From the NCBI GenBank assembly GCA_964016885.1, contig OZ024752.1, forward strand, positions 8,804,001-8,868,000: a stretch of DNA of 64,000 nt. Reading direction: 5' to 3'. Position 1 is the stretch's first letter. Each line of letters opens with the position of its first letter. The stretch comes from Eledone cirrhosa (Eukaryota). Below are positions 1 through 13,523 of the stretch, in pieces. A program made the translations under genes and the position numbers. Below the pieces are notes generated by a model. That model did no database searches. It saw nothing but the letters and a program-made list of their open reading frames with translations, and had not been told where the DNA came from.

Positions 1-1638
1 GATGCGGTGCTAGCGGCGGCTGGGTTCGGACCCGTTTTCAGGGGCTGGATCACTGCCATGCACAGCAGCCGCATCTGCTCTAGAGTCAAGGTGAACGGCT
101 ACCTTTCGGAGCCGTTCGAAATCACCCGCTCCATCCGACAGGGGTGCCCTCTCTCCTCCCTTCTGTATGTGTTGACTCTCGAGCCATTACTGCGGAAGTT
201 GGAGTTGTTGCAGGGCATCCCTTTGGAACCGGGATTGCGCAAAGCGGTGTCGGCCTACGCCGATGACGTAACAGTAATGGTGTCGACCGCCTCGGAAATC
301 GAGGCAATCGGCACCTTACTAGAGGAGTACGAAAGGTTGACAGGGGCTAAGCTGAACCGGGACAAGTCAATCGCTTTGCAACTCGGCGAGTGGAGGGGCA
401 AAGCGATGTCGTGCGACGGTATCGTCGGACGGTGGACGGAGGGCCCGGTGAAGTTGCTTGGGGTCTGGTTCGGACCGGACCTCCAGGTGGAGAAAAACTG
501 GGGTGAGGTGACGAATAGGGTGTTTGCACTGACCCAGAAGTGGGCCGAGTGCAAACTATCCCTAAAAGGTCGGGCGGAGGTGGCGAACGCTTACATAGCG
601 TCCGTCATCTATTACCGCTTGACTGTCGTGCCTTGCCCGGGTGAGATCCTCGCCAAAATGGAGCGCGCCCTCTTTTATTTCCTTTGGAAGAAGAGGTCTC
701 CTCTAGTGAGGAGATCCATCTGCTGTCAACACCCTTTGAAAGGAGGGCTGGGGATGCCGTGGCTAAAAATGCGTAAACACGCATTGAGGCTAAGGCACCT
801 CCACGTATTCCTCACCGGTCAACCGGTGTGGGCCCCGTTTGTGAGGCGAGCCTTCCCGAGGCTCGTCTCGCTCACCGAGCTGCAGTCCTGGGTGAAGCAA
901 AGACCGAGAAAACTGGGCGACTGGCACACCGAGTGTGCCCAGGCGCTCACGGCTCTCTGGCAGGCGGACCCGGCTATCGACGGAGACTCCACCTCGTCAT
1001 TCTATAGAGGGCTGGTGGTTAGCGGGTGCGACGACGCCCTCGGAGAAGCCCTAGGCATGGAGGAGGACGAACTGGCCAGTCTATTCGGTAGGACTTTCGG
1101 CCCGGGACCTATGGACAACTTCCAGAAGTCCTTGGCCTGGCAGTGCTACCGAGGGGCTCTGCCCGTTCGGGATAAGCTCTACAGACACGGGCGCCCGGGT
1201 AGGGACCCCTCGAAAAAGATCTGTCCCAGATGCGTGCGCGACGAGGAAACCGTCGCGCACGCATTGGTGCACTGCCCGGGCGTTGCCGATCTGTGGGGCT
1301 ATGTTGAACAACTGCTGTCACGGGTGGGACCAATTAGGTTGACCACCGAGTCCATTGTAACGATCAAGCCGCCTCCCCCCTTCAAAAATGAAGGAGAGGC
1401 GGTCTTCCTCTGTGTAATAGCCATGGTAAAAGAGGCTATATGGTGGACGCGTCTGAAAGGGCTGAGGTCGGACACCTTTCTCTCCGGCCAACAACTGGTC
1501 CTTTTCTTCCGATACCATTTCGGAAGAAGGATCAGGATGGAGAGAGAGGTGCTCCACTCCAGCCAGTTTTATGAAAGGTGGGTGAAAGTTGCGAGAATGG
1601 CCCGTGTGAATGGGCCTTCTCTCTACCTCAGCCTGTAG
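1..1638 (+). mobile_element. Tx1/L1-clade non-LTR retrotransposon ORF2, 3' half (reverse transcriptase plus CCHC zinc knuckle); 5' part runs off the window
   Basis: Uninterrupted 543-aa frame with RQGCPLS, AYADD, VKLLGV, GGLGMP and CPRC..ETVAHALVHC motifs; GC-rich relative to its flanks. Confidence 0.93.
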
Positions 1639-1920
1639 GTGGAACAGAAAGAAGGGAGCACCCTCTCTTTGTGCTCCCGTGGAGAAGGGTCGCACACTTT
1701 TTTTCGGGGGTGTGTGTGACCCCAAAACGATCCCTCCCTATTGAGGACCTTCTTGTTATTATTTTGTTTGTTATATTTTTCTTACTCGATTTTTATGTAA
1801 ACTCCCCCCACCCATGTACATGTCCCTTTCTTTTGTGCCCTAGTGGCAAATAAACAGAAATTTGTCTGTCTGCCAGTCTGTCTGTCTGTCTGTCTGTCTG
1901 CCAGTCTGTCTGTCTGTCTG
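1639..1920 (+). mobile_element. 3' UTR of the Tx1-like LINE with AATAAA (about 1849) and a (TCTG)n tail or target
   Basis: Directly follows the ORF2 stop; resembles the UTRs at 14467-14730, 56110-56385 and 56515-56725. Confidence 0.75.
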
Positions 1921-1969
1921 TTGTTATATTTGTGGAGGGTCATATTGTTATAATATTGCCAGAAGTAAT

Positions 1970-2152
1970 AATGTTTCTACTATTGGCACAAGGCCAGCAA
2001 TTAGCCCAGTGCATTACTGGTACTTTATTTTATCGACCTCGTAGGATGAAAGGCAAAGTAAACCTCGGCGGGATTTGAACGTCCGTAAAGGGACGTAACT
2101 CTATGCTGGAAAGCATGGCGTCCGATTCTCTACCGACACTGCCAATCTACCG
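1970..2152 (-). mobile_element. tRNA-derived SINE family 1 (representative copy). Approximate further copies: 6930-7035, 7895-8078, 15160-15341, 22863-23050, 24150-24342, 25744-25955, 26203-26388, 30913-31130, 36437-36620, 45850-46042, 47444-47610, 49750-49945, 56387-56515
   Basis: More than 20 dispersed copies of about 200 bp with an A-box-like TGGCAGTATCGG, a B-box GAGTTCAAATCC, a conserved core GCCTTTCATCCTTACGGGGTCGATAAAATAAAGTACCAG (resembles the Nin/Deu-type SINE domain) and a (TTA)n tail. Confidence 0.85.
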
Positions 2153-2321
2153 AAGGATATATATATTGTTATACTTGGGGAGGGTCATATTGTTATAATA
2201 TAGCCAGAAACAATAATAAAACACACTCTTTGGTTTGGATTGGTTTTCGCTTCTGTATATTTTATATCTCCATAGTTAATTTAGCTGGCAATCAATGTTT
2301 ATCTTTGATTGACCAACGGTT

Positions 2322-2391
<70 letters not shown>

Positions 2392-2477
2392 AAAGTTCTA
2401 TTTAAAGTTGTTGGGATACAACAAGTAAATATATTTATAACCGACATAAAGCACTCGACAAATTTTTGGAGTAGATT

Positions 2478-2847
2478 TACGATATTAATAAATGGAAACT
2501 ATATTTATAAAACCATATTTATTTCATTATACATATTTCAGGGATACCATATTAAATTTTGGTATGCCTTCATCAGATAAAATACAATATATAACAGTTT
2601 TACAAATAGGCTTGACGTACCCTTTAAAAAATACAGCCATTATTTTTGGATGCTGTCTGACTATCCAGACAGCATCCAAAAATAATGGCTGTATTTTTTA
2701 AAGGGTACGTCAAGCCTATTTGTAAAACTGTTATATATTGTATTTTATCTGATGAAGGCATACCAAAATTTAATATGGTATCCCTGAAATATGTATAATG
2801 AAATAAATATGGTTTTATAAATATAGTTTCCATTTATTAATATCGTA
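2478..2847. repeat. Long palindrome (182-bp arms, 6-bp spacer) of hammerhead family A unit
   Basis: 2478-2659 is the reverse complement of 2666-2847. Confidence 0.92.
2741..2805 (+). ncRNA. Minimal type I hammerhead ribozyme, family A (mirror copy on the - strand at 2520-2584)
   Basis: TATTTTAT-CTGATGA-aggcatacca..tggtatccct-GAAA-tatgta-TA-ATGAAATA; stem I has 8 pairs (one G-U) and stem II pairs. Confidence 0.8.
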
Positions 2848-2919
2848 TATATATATATACAGCGTGAACCTAATATAACTTTGTAATTTTGCTTCCTGTG
2901 TTTTGTTTTTTGCATTTGT

Positions 2920-2985
<66 letters not shown>

Positions 2986-2990
<5 letters not shown>

Positions 2991-3617
2991 AATGAAGAAT
3001 TAGAAATAGAAGCCAGGAATATCCGTCATCAGTTGCCTACTATCCATCATAGGTATTTCTTCGTATTACAGACCATATACCTCAAGCTAAGGCGATACAA
3101 TAACTAAATTAAGTTATTTGGATAAAAAGAGTTGGGTGGAGAAAGAGAGACCTGTAAAGAAACACAAATGGTGAGGCAACGTAAAGAGAGGAAAAAATGA
3201 AAAAATCAAGTCAATAATTCATTTCGAACATAAGAACGGGGGATATTGACGAGAAGGTAAAGACACATCTTGGCCGTTCGGATGTGAGCGAGGAAAAGAA
3301 TCTCGTACGGTATGGGACGATGGAGGACGTGAGAGAGAGGGTGAGTAGCAGAGAGTGAGTGAGTGAAAGTGGGAGGAAGAGGCTAGCCGAGAGAGGGTGA
3401 CTAGCAGAGGTGGAGAATGAGTGTAAGAGGGAGAAGGAGAGAGAAAGAGGATAGCAGTAAGGGAAGAGAAAAAAGACAGCCCACGGCGAAGAGGAAAACA
3501 TATATGAATCAAAAATGGCGGGCTGTGTTGTTGCATTTAGGTATAATAAATGAAAAATTAGAAATAGAAGTTAGGAATATCCGTCATCAGTTGTCTACTA
3601 GCCATCATAGGTATTTA
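2986..3617. mobile_element. Non-coding repeat family E with about 70-bp terminal direct repeats (2986-3057 / 3543-3615); relatives at 48893-49669 and 63466-64000
   Basis: Shared internal motif GAGTGAAAGT..GAGGAAGAGGCTA; the partial-tandem arrangement resembles Penelope pseudo-LTR derivatives. Confidence 0.55.
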
Positions 3618-3698
3618 TAGGAGTAATTTATATATATGTATATATATATACCTATGTATGTATATTTATACTTACATACAGATTCATGCGTTGTAAGC

Positions 3699-3776
<78 letters not shown>

Positions 3777-3882
3777 CATGAGGGAGAGATGGGAGTTACC
3801 AGTTTAGACTAGTACATGATATGTATATATGTACGTACGAACATACACACATACATATATACATACATATACACACACACAT

Positions 3883-3954
<72 letters not shown>

Positions 3955-4064
3955 CTACACACACACATAAAGTCCTTTTTGCCACTTGAGGATTTTTTGA
4001 CAAAATAACTGAAGCAAGAAGTCAGAAGATAGAGGAAAAGGACAGAAAGAAAGGAGGAAAACAA

Positions 4065-4176
4065 GAACAATAACACCACCACCACCACCAACAACAACAC
4101 CACCACCACCACCACCACCAACAACAACACCACCACCACCAACAACACCACCACCACCACCAACAACAACAGCACC

Positions 4177-4207
<31 letters not shown>

Positions 4208-5423
4208 CCAACAACAATAACAATACCAACAACAACACTAGGACGACGACCACCACCATCACAACAAACAACAATACTACCACTACCAACAACAACACTA
4301 CCACTAACACCACCACCACCAACAACAACAATAACACCATCACCACCACCACTACCACTCCAACTACCATCACCACAACCACACCACCACCACCACCACC
4401 ACATCATCAACAACAACAACACCACCACTACCACACCACCACCACCACCACCACCACAACCACCACCAACAACAATAACAGCAGCACTAACAACAACAAT
4501 AACACCATCACCCCCACCAATAACAACAATGACGCCATCACCACAACCCCCACCAACAACACCCTCACCCCCACCAACAACAACAATAACAGTAGCAGCA
4601 ACAACAACAACAACAACAACAAAAACAAAACCAAAAACAAAAACAACAACAACAACAACAGAACCACCACCACCACCACCACCACTACCACACCACCACC
4701 ACACCACCACCACCAACGGTACCACCACCACCACCACCACCACCATCACCAACATAACCACACCACCAACACCACCACCACCAACATTACCACACCACCA
4801 CCACCACACCACCACCACCAACACCACCACCACCAACATTACCACACCACCAACACCACCACCACCAACATTACCACACCACCACCACCACCACACCACC
4901 ACCACTAACACCACCACCACCAACATTACCACACCACCACCACCACCACACCACCACCACAAACACCACCAACATTACCACCACCACCACCACCACCACC
5001 ACCAACATTACCGCACCACCACCACCACCACCACCAACATTACCACCACAACCACCACCAGCACCACCAGCACCACCCCTACCACCACCACCAACATTAC
5101 CACCACCACAAACACCACCACCACCAACATTACCACACCACCACCACCACCACCACCACCACCACCACCAACATTACCACACCACCACCACCACCACCAC
5201 TATTACCACACCACCACCACCACCACCACCACCAACATTACCACACACCACCACCACCACCACTACCACCACCACCACCACCACACCACCACCACCACCA
5301 CCAACATTACCACACCACCACCACCACCACCACCACCACCAACATTACCACCACCACAAACACCACCACCACCAACATTACCACACCACCACCACCACCA
5401 CCACCACCACCACCACCAACATT

Positions 5424-5454
<31 letters not shown>

Positions 5455-5490
5455 TTACCACCACCACCACCACCACCACCACCACACCAA
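4065..5490. repeat. Degenerate (CAC/CAA)n trinucleotide array
   Basis: Direct inspection. Confidence 0.95.
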
Positions 5491-5594
5491 AGTCACCAGA
5501 TTCTTATCACTTTAGTCTGTTAATTTTATATTAAAACACTTGAGGAATCTAAAACAGAAATAATAGGACTTTAATGTATAACACGGTTGGGAGG

Positions 5595-5680
<86 letters not shown>

Positions 5681-5774
5681 ATACACACGCACGCAATTCC
5701 TCTCCCACACACACAGATATAGATATATATCAATGATATTAAATAAATGGAAACTATATTTATAAAACCATGTT

Positions 5775-5835
5775 TATTCTATTATATATATTTCAAGGGT
5801 TCCAAAACTTTGGTACGCCCTCATCAGATAAAATA
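5775..5835 (-). ncRNA. Minimal hammerhead ribozyme, family A
   Basis: Reverse complement: TATTTTAT-CTGATGA-gggcgtacc..ggaaccctt-GAAA-tatata-TA-ATAGAATA. Confidence 0.7.
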
Positions 5836-5996
5836 CAAAGTTTGTTTTATAAATATTGACATATCCAGGACCTTAACGGTTCAAGTTCGAATCTGTTATA
5901 AATATATATATTTGTTGAATTACCAACAAATTAAATGTTCCTTTGCTTATATATATATATATATATGTATATATACGAATATATATGTATATATAC

Positions 5997-6042
<46 letters not shown>

Positions 6043-6762
6043 GAATATATATATACATACATTTATATATATATATATATACCTACATATACCTCCCCAT
6101 ACACCCCCCCCCCCACACACACACAGATATATATATATATTTATATATATTTATATATTTTATATATATATATCAAGTGTGTATATGTGTGTGTGTATGT
6201 ATGGTGAGGTATATGTAGGTATATGTAAGTATATATATATATATATTTATTTAAATAACAGATTAAAGTTTAAGCAAAGAATCGTTGCTTTCACCCTTAT
6301 TTGATATATATTTATCCTTATCGAGCCCTCTTTGGATTTTAGTCTTCAAATTTATTATTATTACTATATATATATATGTATATATGAGAAAAACCACGAA
6401 CCGTCCATCTCAATTCTACTTTTGAAAAGCACAAGAACAGCAAAACCGGTAAAGGAACGAAATAAATATATTAAAAAAAAAAAAGACTCCATTTGCATTT
6501 TCGATTTCATCTTTCACTCGTGTAGGACACCATATATATATAAATATGAATTCAGCGAGAATCGCATTTCGGCGGGTAGAAAAAGCGAAACGTAACGCAA
6601 ATTTCGAGTCTTGCTGGCAAGCGCTCCATGGACTAAAAAGTCCAGAGCAATAAACATAGGTTATAAAGGTCATACAAACTGAGAAGGCGGCCAAGAAGCC
6701 ATTAACCACCTAAGCCAAAAAATCAAGTCAAGCTAAACAGGTCAGACAAAATAAATGACATA

Positions 6763-6815
<53 letters not shown>

Positions 6816-7226
6816 CTTGTCTGATAATATTTTCAGCGCTAAATACCACCATAAATTTTACCGATCTTTGTATTGACTCGGTCAATCAAATAAAAATATG
6901 AGGATTTCTTATACAGGGGCAAAGCTCTCGAAGAGATCGGTCGGTTATATTGACACGAGAGGATAACTGGTATTTTATTTTATCCTACCTGGAAGAATGA
7001 CAAGTAAAGTTGACGTCAGCAGGATTTGAACTCAGAATTCAGAACCTAAATGGTCGTTACTAAGTCGTTACTAAGAATCGTTATTAAGAATCTATCTTAT
7101 TTTTCATTCTTTCTTCTGATAAAGGACTAGCGTCCGAAACGTTAAGACTCTCTTCCTGATATTTCCAGCATTAACCTAATATGTTCTTTCCATATTGTTG
7201 TGTTGTTATTTCTGTTTACCTTTTAC

Positions 7227-7652
<426 letters not shown>

Positions 7653-8700
7653 TATATATATATATATATCGTTGAAACTGCAGGTGGTCTGATAGCTGAT
7701 GAGTGTATGTAAAATGTCTGTGATCTCCTCTCATTCATTCTATTTCTTCCTTCCTATCAATTCTTCGAGTCAACACACCTCGAGCCGCTGATCTCTGGCC
7801 TTACGCCCCCAACCCTATTTCCAGAGGCCCTGCCCACACGCAAATTGTAAATAATATATATTAAATAAGATCGTTAATTTATATATAATAAATAATTGTT
7901 TCTACTTTTGGCACAAGGCCAGCAATTACCCCAGTGCGTGACTGGTACTTTATTTTATCGACCTCGTAAGGATGAAAGGCAAAGTTAACCTCGGCGGGAT
8001 TTAAACTCAGACCATAAAGGGCTGTAACTCTATGCAAAGCATGGCGTCCGCCCCTCTTCCGATATTGCCAATCCACCATATACTATGTATAAATAAATAT
8101 TATATATTTTTTGTTTTACTATATTTATATATAATATGTATCATTTGATATTTAATATACTATTATATCATCTCTAGCGACCCCAGCCGCCCCCTTAGGC
8201 ATCAGAGACCCTGGACCTTCTCAACGCACCCTAGGAGGCAGTAGTACCTACTTTGAGAACTTCCGTTCTAGAGAGCTACATTTTCTAAAAGACTGTACCG
8301 TCATTAAAATGTTGACTTAAAGTTGTACATTGTGAGCGGTAAACTGCAGTAAAATATTCTCTGTACTGTTTCAATGGTAAATCCATTTATTGAGACTACG
8401 AAGGTGTTTCATTTGAAGTATATTAAAATATAAACACATGTTTGTATTAAAACGTTTTGCCAGCTGTCGGTTTGAATGGTTTCAATTATATTTCAATGGT
8501 TACCTTAAGTCCATTACCGCCATTGCTGTTGACCCTAACCGCTGTAGGCGACCTTTTGCTGAACTTCCTGTTCCGTTTATTCGTGATCAACTGATCGACA
8601 CCACTTGTTCTTTAGTGAATGCACCGGCAAAATAGCATCATCTGCAAATGGGCCGTGCATAATTTAAGTTGAAATATGAAAATCTATATACATGTAGGTG

Positions 8701-8801
<101 letters not shown>

Positions 8802-8928
8802 CATATATATATATATAAAATTATTAGAAATGTAAGCTATCGCCGTATTTTGACTAAAGAAATTAAAGAAATTATTTAGCCTGATAGTGGGGTTAAGAAC
8901 CCTCGGAGAAATGGAAAAAAATGAGTAT

Positions 8929-9000
8929 TGACGTACATGGGAGTCGAACCCACATCTTTGGTTATCCGGACCACTGTGCTACCATTTACACCAACACATC
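8929..9000 (-). pseudogene. tRNA-like pseudogene or tRNA-derived repeat head
   Basis: 72-nt cloverleaf with D-arm GTGTAAATGGTAGCAC and T-arm TGGGTTCGACTCCCA. The acceptor stem is G-U rich and the anticodon loop lacks U33. Confidence 0.55.
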
Positions 9001-9135
9001 ATATATATTTATAATGTATAATATAGAAATGGCTAGAAGTGTTTCATTCGAAGGAAACCATCAAGAAAGCATTTTATATTCGACTATTTATTGAGTACCT
9101 AACTCTTACTGTGGTTATCCGCGATTGAACCCGGG

Positions 9136-9249
<114 letters not shown>

Positions 9250-9412
9250 GATAGAGAGTGAGAAGAGAAAGAAACGGAAAATATTTTATGTTCAGTCACC
9301 TATTTATTAATAAATCAAGAAGAAATAGATAAATAAATAAAATAAATACAACGGGAGGAAACATAACAGTACCACTGATGATGTCGCAGATGTGTGACGA
9401 AAGAAATTTGAT

Positions 9413-9460
<48 letters not shown>

Positions 9461-9532
9461 GGAGCTTCCAACAGAAATGGTCGCATTCTTTAAGGGTATG
9501 TCAATATTTATTTATAAAACTGATCTATATTA

Positions 9533-9597
9533 TATTTTATCTGATGAAAGCGCACCATAATTTGACTTGGTGTCCTTGAAATATGTATAATGAAATA
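9533..9597 (+). ncRNA. Minimal hammerhead ribozyme, family A
   Basis: TATTTTAT-CTGATGA-aagcgcacca..tggtgtcctt-GAAA-tatgta-TA-ATGAAATA. Confidence 0.75.
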
Positions 9598-9727
9598 AAT
9601 ATGGGTTTATAAATATAGTTTCCATTTGTTAATATATCGTATTTTCACTCCAATAATTTGTTGAGTGCTTTATATCAGTTATAAAAATATTTGCTTGTTG
9701 TATCCCAACAATTTAAATATAACTTCT

Positions 9728-9762
<35 letters not shown>

Positions 9763-9974
9763 CTCAACCTGATTAGTGCTATCGTTGTTCTGGTATACAT
9801 ATTGTGTGTTAGTTTAGCCTACCACGATGTTCGATTTGTCAAGCTATTTAAACGTATGTTATTACTCTGAGGTCCTATCTTATCGAGTGCTTTGCTAACT
9901 CATCATTTCATATAAGTAGGCCGAATTCACTTGCAAACTGCCAGAGATTCGATTTTACTGATTTCCAATTATAT

Positions 9975-10019
<45 letters not shown>

Positions 10020-10269
10020 TTATTTATATTTGTATTTTTAACCATTGGCCAATCAATGATAAACATTGATTGCCAGATATATCAACTATGGAGATATAAA
10101 AGATACATAACTGAAAACCAACCCAAACCAAACAGCGAGTGTGTTCTGTTATTATTTCTGGCAATATTATAACAATATGACCCTCCCCAAGTATAACAAT
10201 ATTTGTTTCGACACAGGATTTCATATAAAAAAACCTTACAAAATAAATAAATAAATATCTATATCTAGG

Positions 10270-10438
10270 GTGGGTAAAATTTCAGAGATCTATGTACGAG
10301 TTTTTTCCAGTGGTCTCTGCCCCTCATCATCGCTGCCATGTCCCGCGCCTCCCAGAGGCCAGTGCCTCTCCTTAGGGCATCAATATATGTCATCCTCGGA
10401 CTCCTGTGTCTGTGTAGGGGCTCCCACAAGGCTACTGG

Positions 10439-10440
<2 letters not shown>
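10270..10440 (-). mobile_element. 3' fragment of an RTE-type LINE
   Basis: Translation [33 protein letters not shown] matches the typical RTE C-terminus. Confidence 0.65.
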
Positions 10441-10531
<91 letters not shown>

Positions 10532-10533
10532 AT

Positions 10534-10583
<50 letters not shown>

Positions 10584-10629
10584 ATTATATATATATATAT
10601 ATATATAATTATATATATATATATATAAT

Positions 10630-10687
<58 letters not shown>

Positions 10688-10760
10688 TATAAAGGACGTA
10701 AAATAAGAAAATATTTTTTTAAAAAAATTTAAAAAAAATTTTTTTCTTACTTAAATTTTC

Positions 10761-10842
10761 ACTCCAACTAATTAGTTTCTGCAATGGGATAAAGACAGTT
10801 ACGTAATCCAACTGTCGAGAATTCATTGCGTCATCAGGAAGT
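10761..10842 (-). ncRNA. Type I hammerhead ribozyme in tandem unit 1
   Basis: Reverse complement: ACTTC-CTGATGA-cgcaatg...cattgca-GAAA-C-taatta-G-TT-GGAGT; the stem III region CTAATTAG is palindromic. Confidence 0.78.
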
Positions 10843-11318
10843 CTATTCTCAGTTAAGTCTCCAGGCAATGCGCGGACACTGGCGGCTCATATAAAAATAA
10901 TAATAATTCGGTAGATCGAACAGCTTGCGAGGACTGGATTCTATGTACCGAAATTCTCACTGCTTCAAGTCAAATGGCCGATTCTAAAGAATCAATCACG
11001 TGACACAGAGGCTAGTTAGAAGGAATGGGATGGTAAGATGACTGACGCCTACTAACACCCCAAACAAAATTTTTTTTAGAAGTGGTTTTGACAAGTTTGC
11101 TCGACAAATCAGTGATTTGGAGATAAATATAGATAATTTAATATATCAACTAACATAAGCGCACAGATGCACGCCCATGCCAGCAAATACACAGGTTATG
11201 TCATAGTACCTAGGTGGTTCAATGCAGGAGAATGCAGAACAATAATATAAAGGACGTAAAATAAGAAAATATTTTTTTAAAAAAATTTAAAAAAAATTTT
11301 TTTCTTACTTAAATTTTC

Positions 11319-11400
11319 ACTCCAACTAATTAGTTTCTGCAATGGGATAAAGACAGTTACGTAATCCAACTGTCGAGAATTCATTGCGTCATCAGGAAGT
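11319..11400 (-). ncRNA. Type I hammerhead ribozyme in tandem unit 2 (the third copy at 11877-11952 is truncated by the inversion)
   Basis: Identical to 10761-10842, shifted by 558 bp. Confidence 0.78.
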
Positions 11401-12245
11401 CTATTCTCAGTTAAGTCTCCAGGCAATGCGCGGACACTGGCGGCTCATATAAAAATAATAATAATTCGGTAGATCGAACAGCTTGCGAGGACTGGATTCT
11501 ATGTACCGAAATTCTCACTGCTTCAAGTCAAATGGCCGATTCTAAAGAATCAATCACGTGACACAGAGGCTAGTTAGAAGGAATGGGATGGTAAGATGAC
11601 TGACGCCTACTAACACCCCAAAAAAAATTTTTTTTAGAAGTGGTTTTGACAAGTTTGCTCGACAAATCAGTGATTTGGAGATAAATATAGATAATTTAAT
11701 ATATCAACTAACATAAGCGCACAGATGCACGCCCATGCCAGCAAATACACAGGTTATGTCATAGTACCTAGGTGGTTCAATGCAGGAGAATGCAGAACAA
11801 TAATATAAAGGACGTAAAATAAGAAAATATTTTTTTAAAAAAATTTTAAAAAAATTTTTTTCTTACTTAAATTTTCACTCCAACTAATTAGTTTCTGCAA
11901 TGGGATAAAGACAGTTACGTAATCCAACTGTCGAGAATTCATTGCGTCATCATCCCATTGCAGAAACTAATTAGTTGGAGTGAAAATTTAAGTAAGAAAA
12001 AAATTTTTTTAAATTTTTTTAAAAAAATATTTTCTTATTTTACGTCCTTTATATTATTGTTCTGCATTCTCCTGCATTGAACCACCTAGGTACTATGACA
12101 TAACCTGTGTATTTGCTGGCATGGGCGTGCATCTGTGCGCTTATGTTAGTTGATATATTAAATTATCTATATATATAATTATATATATATATATATATAT
12201 AATTATATATATATATATATATAATTATATATATATATATATATA

Positions 12246-12311
<66 letters not shown>

Positions 12312-12329
12312 TATATATATATATATAAT

Positions 12330-12383
<54 letters not shown>

Positions 12384-12449
12384 TATATATATATATATAT
12401 ATAATTATATATATATATATATATAATTATATATATATATATATATAAT

Positions 12450-12499
<50 letters not shown>

Positions 12500-12613
12500 T
12501 ATATATATATATATATATAATTATATATATATATATATATAATTATATATATATATATATATAATTATATATATATATATATATATATAATTATATATAT
12601 ATATATATATAAT

Positions 12614-12659
<46 letters not shown>

Positions 12660-12860
12660 ACGAAGGAAATATGGTAAGGAACCAGATGGACCACAACGCA
12701 CCAAAGTACTTAATACTTAGCGTAGTAGAGTGGGTAATAGAAACGAGTAGGACCCCGACGGCAGAGCTCAAGCCGTTTCGACGGCTAATTCTGGACTAAT
12801 TCTGCGTCCAGAATTAGCCGTCGAAACGGCTTGAGCTCAGCCGTCGGGGTCCTACTCGTT

Positions 12861-12862
<2 letters not shown>
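12660..12862. mobile_element. Repeat family B with an internal palindrome (12742-12860); relatives at about 17840-17905, 17940-18008, 47090-47190, 50240-50405, 62892-63090
   Basis: Recurrent GACCCCGACGGCAGAGCTCAAGCCGTTTCGACGGCTA motif inserted in (TA)n. Confidence 0.7.
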
Positions 12863-12905
<43 letters not shown>

Positions 12906-13022
12906 ATCATAATAAATTTGAAGACTAAAATCCAAAGAGGGCTCGATAAGGATAAATATATATCAAATATATAAGAACCGTAGAGCAAATATTTATTAAA
13001 CTTTAATCTGTTATTTAAATAT

Positions 13023-13053
<31 letters not shown>

Positions 13054-13066
13054 CATATATATACAT

Positions 13067-13097
<31 letters not shown>

Positions 13098-13120
13098 CAT
13101 ATATATACATATACACACAC

Positions 13121-13172
<52 letters not shown>

Positions 13173-13284
13173 TATACATATACATACATATACACACATA
13201 TATATACATGTATGTATGTATATATGTATATGTATATGTATATATATATATGTATATGTATATGTATATATATATGTATATATT

Positions 13285-13321
<37 letters not shown>

Positions 13322-13350
13322 TTATATGTATTTATATGTGTATATATATT

Positions 13351-13385
<35 letters not shown>

Positions 13386-13414
13386 TTATATGTATTTATA
13401 TGTGTATATATATT

Positions 13415-13448
<34 letters not shown>

Positions 13449-13466
13449 CACATATATATATGTATC

Positions 13467-13523
<57 letters not shown>

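Larger units (their letters stand above)
10688..12172 (-). mobile_element. 558-bp tandem repeat (about 2.3 copies) plus an inverted partial copy, one hammerhead per unit; retrozyme / Penelope pseudo-LTR-like
   Basis: AAAGGACGTA recurs at 10691, 11249 and 11807. 11952-12172 is the reverse complement of about 11686-11906. Embedded in (TA)n. Confidence 0.85.

Noticed and set aside
3804-5515. Long poly-Thr/His/Pro/Val/Gly ORFs
   Set aside because: Translations of a CAC/CAA microsatellite, open in several frames, with no splice or domain evidence.
7112-7147. Hammerhead-like TCTT-CTGATAA-aggac..gtcc-GAAA-CG-TT-AAGA
   Set aside because: G8-to-A change in the catalytic core and no stem III loop; probably a decayed copy.
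8505-8641. Exon-like segment on the - strand (tttgcag ... aag|gtaacc)
   Set aside because: Stop codons in all three frames and no recognisable homology.
8929-9000. Functional tRNA gene
   Set aside because: Weak acceptor stem, C at position 33 and repeat context; kept only as a pseudogene.
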